The position numbers were made by a program, and so were the translations under genes. This document shows positions 58,573-64,000 of a DNA stretch of 64,000 nucleotides, piece by piece. Origin of the DNA: Felis catus (Eukaryota); assembly GCF_018350175.1 (NCBI RefSeq), contig NC_058375.1:12462001-12526000 (forward strand), in the 5' to 3' direction. Below the pieces are notes generated by a model. That model saw only the letters and a program-made list of their open reading frames with translations, did no database searches and was not told the DNA's origin. Positions within the stretch are counted from its first letter, which is position 1. Each line of letters begins with the position of its first letter.

Positions 58573-59819
58573 GCTTCCAGCCCAGCCTCTCTGTTCCCCT
58601 TCCCCTAGGCCCAGGCAGTGCCTTCTCCGAAATGTGAAGTTAATTGCGAGGGGGTGGGATGGACCCCCTGGCCTGATGAGGGAGAGGCAGTTTGCCCCAG
58701 GGGAAAGATCCGGACACACCTCAGTCTAATCCTGGAGCTTCTGGACTTTGGACAAATCTCTCTCCCTCTCTTCAGCCTCAGTTTCCTCGTCTGGAGAATG
58801 GGGCCGATCCCACCGACTCGTGGGATGGTCTGCCCCCTTGTGGGGCTGGTAGGAAGACCTGAATTTCTGTCCCACCCTCCCAGGTGGGGAGAACAGAGAG
58901 CTGCTGGGAAATGCGCATCTTGCTTGGGGAAGGTGGCACGTTGTCACGGGGGTGGGGTGGGGGGGGGTGGTTTGGATCTAAGTGCTGGCTGCTTTGAGAG
59001 CTCAGCCAGAGCTATCCTGGGCCATGTCACCGAGGCCTCTGAATCCCTTGGGACTCGTGTAGGGCTTGTGTTTCAGGAGGCTTCAGATGCTGCCGGCCAG
59101 CTCGCCCTGCCTTGGTTGGGTGGACGGAGTATTTTTAGCTCTGAGTTTGCAAAGGTTTTTTTTTTTCCTGCCCAGACTTTTCTTGTGGGACAAAACAGAC
59201 AGCCCGCTCCCCGAGAGAGGAAGAGCTTGGGCCTGAAGGGAAAGGGCTGGAGCCAGAGCGGACTCTAGTGGGCTTTGAAAGGGAGGCCTCCCCCACTGTC
59301 CACGGCCCGCCAGCCTATGCCGCAGCGCTGGGCTGTGCCCCGGCAGCCGCGCTGGAAGCTGCCTGCCCCTTCCTTGGAAAGCCGCACGCGTCCCAGGGTC
59401 TCCCACCTGCCTGCTGGAGTGGCTGGGGGGGGGGGCGGCCCTTGGCGCCCTGGGGTCCTGTCCCCTCTCCTGGTCACATGCCTCTGACTCATCAGAACAA
59501 GGACGTGGTCTTTTTGGGAGTGAGTTTTTAAAAATAGTCCAAGTCCTCCCTCCTGCCCTGCCCTACCCCTCTTGTGATCACACCCTGGCGTTGGCCCCAG
59601 ACCTCTTTCCACACTGGTTTTGGGGAACCGCCTCTTGTACAGCTTGGCAGCGGGTTCGATTGGGAAGCTCTCCTGGGAGGAGCTGTCCCGGCCACGCGCT
59701 GACTTCAGAGAGGGAGGCACAGTCCTAGGAGCAGGTGTCCCGTGGGCCTTGGCCCCCGTCTCCCCTCCCCTGATGGTGACGGTGGGCCTGACCCCGGGGC
59801 CGGCGTGGGACCAGGGATC

Positions 59820-61080
59820 CCTTTATTGACTTAGCAGGTGTGTGTTGAGGCGTGCTGGGGGCCAGGCACTGCCCTGGGGCTGTGGATGGAGCAGTGAACA
59901 AAACGCTAATACTCCTGCCTCTGTCGAGTGCACGGCCCGGTAGGAGGAAACTGATAGAAGCAACCGAAACGTGCAGATGTCCAGAGGTGTTAAATGCTAT
60001 GAAGGCAGGGCAGCGGTGTGAGGGGGATGTGTGTGTACTATTTTAAAGAGGATGGATGGGGAGGGCCTCTCTTTGAGCAGAGCCCTGGAGCAGGTGACAG
60101 AGCCATCCATGTGTATGTCTGGGGGAAGAGCGTTCCAGGCAGATGAAACAGCAAGCACAAAGGTCCTGAGGTAGGAACGTGCGTGAGGCGTCTGAGGACC
60201 TGCACGATGGTCCTTGTGACTGGGGTAGAGTAAGCTGTGTGGAGACGGGTAGGAGCTGCAGTTTGGGGTCGGGGGCACACCAGGCAGGGCCTTGTGGGGA
60301 CCCTGGCTTCCATTCTGAACGAGGTAGGAAGGCGCTGGAGGGTTCGAGCAGCGGTGTGCCTGGGCTGCCGTGTCGTGAACAAAGTGCGTGGGGCAGGGGG
60401 GTGAAAGTGGAAACAGGAGACCGGTCTGGGGCTGTTTTAATGGTCCAGGTGAGAGGCGGTGACAGTTTGGCCCAGCGTGGCGGCAGAGGAGATGGCGAGA
60501 AGTCATCGGAGTCTGGATGCATTTAGGAGGCAGAGCCAACAAGGTTTGCTGAGGGGTTGGGAGAGAGAAGGGGTCAAGGCGAGGCGGAGGCTTGAGCTCC
60601 AGCCCCCCGCAAGCTGGCGCCGCCATCGGGTGAGATGGGCGGCCGAGGAGGAGTCGGGTGGCCGTCGGGAGCAGGGACGGATGTTAACTTCAGGGTGCCC
60701 CGCTGTCCGCGGAGCAGGCCGGTGGGGGAGAAGGTCAGGCTGGAGGTGTCACCGCAGAAACGGTCTCCAAAACCGAGAAACAGGCGCGGTCGCCCAGGGA
60801 GGCATCTTCGAGTCAGGCCCGAGTCATGAGCCTGGCGGTAGCCCAGTGGTCCCGTGGGAGGAAAGGGGGCTGGGAGAGGAGCCCCGGAGAGGGAGGAGAG
60901 CAGAGAGAGGGTTGCAAGAAGGGAGAGATGGGCTCCACTGGCTTGGGCACCTCGCAGCAGTGGGGGCAGATACCCCTCCTCCCACCCACGTGGTTCCGCA
61001 GAGAAAGGGATTGGGTCGGGACAGGGGTTGCAGGTAATGCTTGCACAAGGGGAGCAGGGGAAGCTGGTGGTGGGTGGAGG
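59820..61080 (-). mobile_element. Long L2 (L2a-like) relic
   Basis: gcagtgaacaaaac, gggaagagcgttccaggcaga...agcacaaaggtcctgaggtaggaac, gtccaggtgagagg...ggagtctggatg. Confidence 0.85.
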
Positions 61081-61092
61081 AGATCAGGGAGG

Positions 61093-61331
61093 TTTATTTT
61101 ATTTTATTTTATTTTATTTTATTTTATTTTATTTTATTAATTAATTAATTAATTTAGAGAGCAAACGAGCGAGGGAGGCGCAGACAGGGAGCGCGCGGGA
61201 GAATTCTAAGCAGGTTCCGCACGGACGGCACAGAGGCCGATGCGGGGCTTGAACTCAGCAAACCCGTGAGATCATGACCTGGGCGTAATCCAGAGTTGGA
61301 CATTTAATGGACGGAGCCACCCGGGCACCCC
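61093..61331 (-). mobile_element. CAN-SINE with (TTTTA)n tail
   Basis: Full head; pentanucleotide tail. Confidence 0.95.
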
Positions 61332-61343
61332 TCTTAGTGCCTG

Positions 61344-61508
61344 TTTGTTTATTTAGAGGGTGAGGGGCAGGGGAGGGGGAATCCCAAGCAGGCCCCTCCC
61401 TGTAAGCACAGAGCCCGACGTGGGGTTCAGACCCACAAACTGTGAGATCATGACCTGAGCTGAGATCAAGGCTCGGACGCTTAACCGACTGAGCCACGCA
61501 GGCGCCCC
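61344..61508 (-). mobile_element. CAN-SINE
   Basis: gaatcccaagcagg...gagccacgcaggcgcccc. Confidence 0.95.
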
Positions 61509-62844
61509 AGTGTTTTAATTTTTAAGAAGGGCGGTCACGCAGCATCTTTATGGTGGCGGGGCGTGACCCGGGAGAGAGGAGCTGAGGTTCTCCTAGCTGT
61601 GTCATCTTCTCCCCAGAAGGACCACCTCCCTCCTCACAAACCCTCCCTCCCCCCCTCCCTCCCCCAGCCCCCAAGTTCCTCCCCTTCTGACATCAGCTCA
61701 GGGTCCAGGGGCTTGTTGTCTAAGCGGGGTCGACATGAGGAGGGTGCCGGGGTTCCCCCATCGGGAGGCCCGTGGGGCTGTGAGCACCCGGGGTGGGACA
61801 GGCCAGGGGAAGGGCCACTGCCCTCCTCGCGGAAGGGCGGGAAGCAGGAGGCACACGGCCGGTCTGGAGCCCTGCTGGAATCCAGCCGTGTGAAACCATC
61901 TCCCTGACCGAACCCCGACTTCCCTGCTTGGGGAAGTCAGTCCCCTGCATCCCGGGAGAGGGGGGCGGCATGCCGGGCACCAGAGGGGGGATGCCCGCTG
62001 GGTACAGGTCAGGAACCAGGACGCCACCTTCAACTCCAGCCCCTCGGTCTGGGAGGTCGGGGCTGCCGGTGTGGAGGGGGCCGGAGCCGTGGGCCGGCTC
62101 CCATCTGTGGTGTTTGGGGAGCCAGGCGCCGAGTCTCCTGGGGGCTGTCTGTCGTGTGGTAACGAGTCGCACCTTCTGGCGAGTTCCTGTGCGCGCCACG
62201 CCACGTTGCAACGTTCGTTACCTTGTTCGTGGCTCATCTTAACCCGAGGTGCCCCCCTCCCCGCAGTGCATACGCAGCTAAGCAAGTTCTGGCAAATACT
62301 GGAGCCAGGATTGCAATCAGTCTGACCCCAGAACCCCTGCCCCAGGCTCTGATCTGGAATGAAACGTGGGCCCGGAATCCACTGGGCTTCTGTGGGATCA
62401 CTGCCTGGCGGGAAATGTGGGCTCGGCACCCCCCTTCCGTGCTCAGGGAGCCTCCTGCCCTGCAGGTGCAGGTACAGACCTCCTGTGGACGGGAACTTGG
62501 GCCTCTCCTTTGTTCCTTTGTCCCCAGGCCCCAGCTGCCCCCCCCTTCCCTGGCAGGCAGTAGGTGACCAGTGAAATGTTTGTTGAGTGGGGGATGGGCG
62601 AACACCGGCACTGTCACTGGGAAAGTTGCTGGAGGTGAGCCTGACCCCCCCCCGCCCCCGCTTTCACCGGCGGGCTCACCCCATTTCCCATGGAGGGGCC
62701 CTTCCCTGGAAGCCCCAGCTCCCCCAGCCTGTCTGGAGGCCTGGGCTATTTCTGCAGCCCGGACAGTCCATCCTTCCCCTAGGTCAGCTTTGTCAACTTG
62801 GGTGGAGTCAGGCACACCTTCCTTTCCTGGTCCCGCCTCGTGCT

Positions 62845-62930
62845 CCCCGCTGACGTCAGGCAAAGGCTTTGCCGATCTGAGCCTCAGTTTCCCGTCTCTC
62901 AAAGACAGGGGAAGAAGCCTACCTCTCAGG
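62845..62930 (+). mobile_element. MIR carrying a perfect CRE
   Basis: tgacgtcaggcaaag...tctgagcctcagtttccc. Confidence 0.7.
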
Positions 62931-64000
62931 TTTGGTGCTGGCATGGAAATGCCCCGTCTCTAGACTGAGCGACTGAAGCCACGCCGGCACTAACATTACT
63001 GTCGGGGGGGGGGGGGGGTGGGGGTGGAGTGGTGTTTCCAGGGAAACTGAGGCTCAGAAGGGTGAAGGGGAGGCAAAAAGTCAACGCTGCCCCTGTCCCG
63101 CCTCCAGACCGTGGGCCGTGGGGCCCCATCACACAGCCCACCCAGGACGTGGCCAAGGGCCTGGACCCTCCAGGGATGAGGACAGGAGATGAGGGCAGGA
63201 CGGTTCAGCCCATAGTAGGAGGCTTTTCCCCCGGGTCCTTCAGCCTGGAGCCTCTTGCCTGGGCTGGATTCCTGCAGACAGAGGAGTTAATGCCCTAGGG
63301 GCTGAGAGAGGAGGGGGGGCACCGGGGACCAGCCTGGGGCAGCCCTGTTTATATATTTCCCAGGCGGCAACTCCCAGGGATCCCCCCCCCAACCCCTGCC
63401 CCGAGGGGTGCTGAGTGGATGGGCTCTTCTGCCCAGGGGCCTCCTCCTGGGGGCTCCTCCCCACCTGTCCTGCCTGGGGATCATTGACCAGGGACATGCC
63501 TAGGAAGTCCCCGGGGGAGGAAGGCTGGGGGCTGGGGGTGCCTACTCTGGGCAGGGACAGAGCCTCCATTGTATGAGGCTTCAGCCATTGACCAAGCCCC
63601 GCTCCTGCCCGCAGCCTGGAGGGAGCTCCTCTCAGAGCCTTCCTCCCCCATCCCTCGAGGGAAGCCCATTGAGTGGCCTGGCACCTAGTGGGTGAGAGAG
63701 CCGGCCTCCTTGTCCCTCTGGCATTTGGAGGCTTGTGAGGGGCAGGGAAGCGCAAGCCCCCCCCCCCCCCCCCAAGTGCCCTCACTTGTTACCGGCCTCC
63801 TGCTTCTTGCTGGGGATTTTGCTTAGAACCAGCCTGAGGGGCCTGCCCTGGCTCTCCCCGCTCACAGCCCGGGGACTCCCTGCTCAGGATTGCGTGGCCT
63901 GGGACACATCCCTCAGCCTCATCGGCCTCGTCTGTCAGGGGAATGAAATTAACTCAAGTGTCCAGCGTGCAGCTTGGTGCACAGCCGTGTCAGCTGTCAT

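Noticed and set aside
1-64000. All six-frame ORFs as protein-coding genes
   Set aside because: They are Pro/Gly/Arg/Ser-rich translations typical of GC-rich non-coding DNA. Many start at non-ATG codons, overlap repeats, and show no recognisable domain or exon structure.
1-64000. CRISPR arrays, prokaryotic systems, intact ERV or L1 ORFs, processed pseudogenes
   Set aside because: Mammalian DNA with no repeat-spacer arrays; only solo LTRs and short LINE relics; no mRNA-like insert recognised

Overview
This is mammalian genomic DNA from a cat-family (Felidae) genome. The evidence is about 27 tRNA-derived CAN-SINEs of the SINEC_Fc type, plus ancient MIR, L2, L1M, MaLR/ERV LTR and hAT/Tigger relics. 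It is a GC-rich scaffold with six N gaps. The only convincing gene feature is a CpG island at about 35.8-36.8 kb. It contains an ATG-less (non-coding) first exon on the + strand that ends at a consensus donor CCG|GTGAGT (36429/36430). Everything downstream looks like intron 1 and everything upstream looks intergenic. I cannot recognise the gene, and I support no protein-coding exon; the six-frame ORFs look spurious. I do not see a new multi-gene system. The most interesting signals are: three same-orientation CTCF motifs 23-28 kb upstream, one in an imperfect palindrome; a GC-converted MIR-core-like relic that appears to supply a promoter GC box; homeodomain/GATA/SOX/FOX motif clusters flanking the promoter; a hairpin just before the exon-1 donor; closely spaced inverted SINE pairs; a possible SINE-associated deletion next to the promoter; nested transposons; and (CCAT)n arrays grown from L2 tails. 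Repeat family names come from recalled consensus sequences, not a database search, and boundaries of old repeats are approximate.
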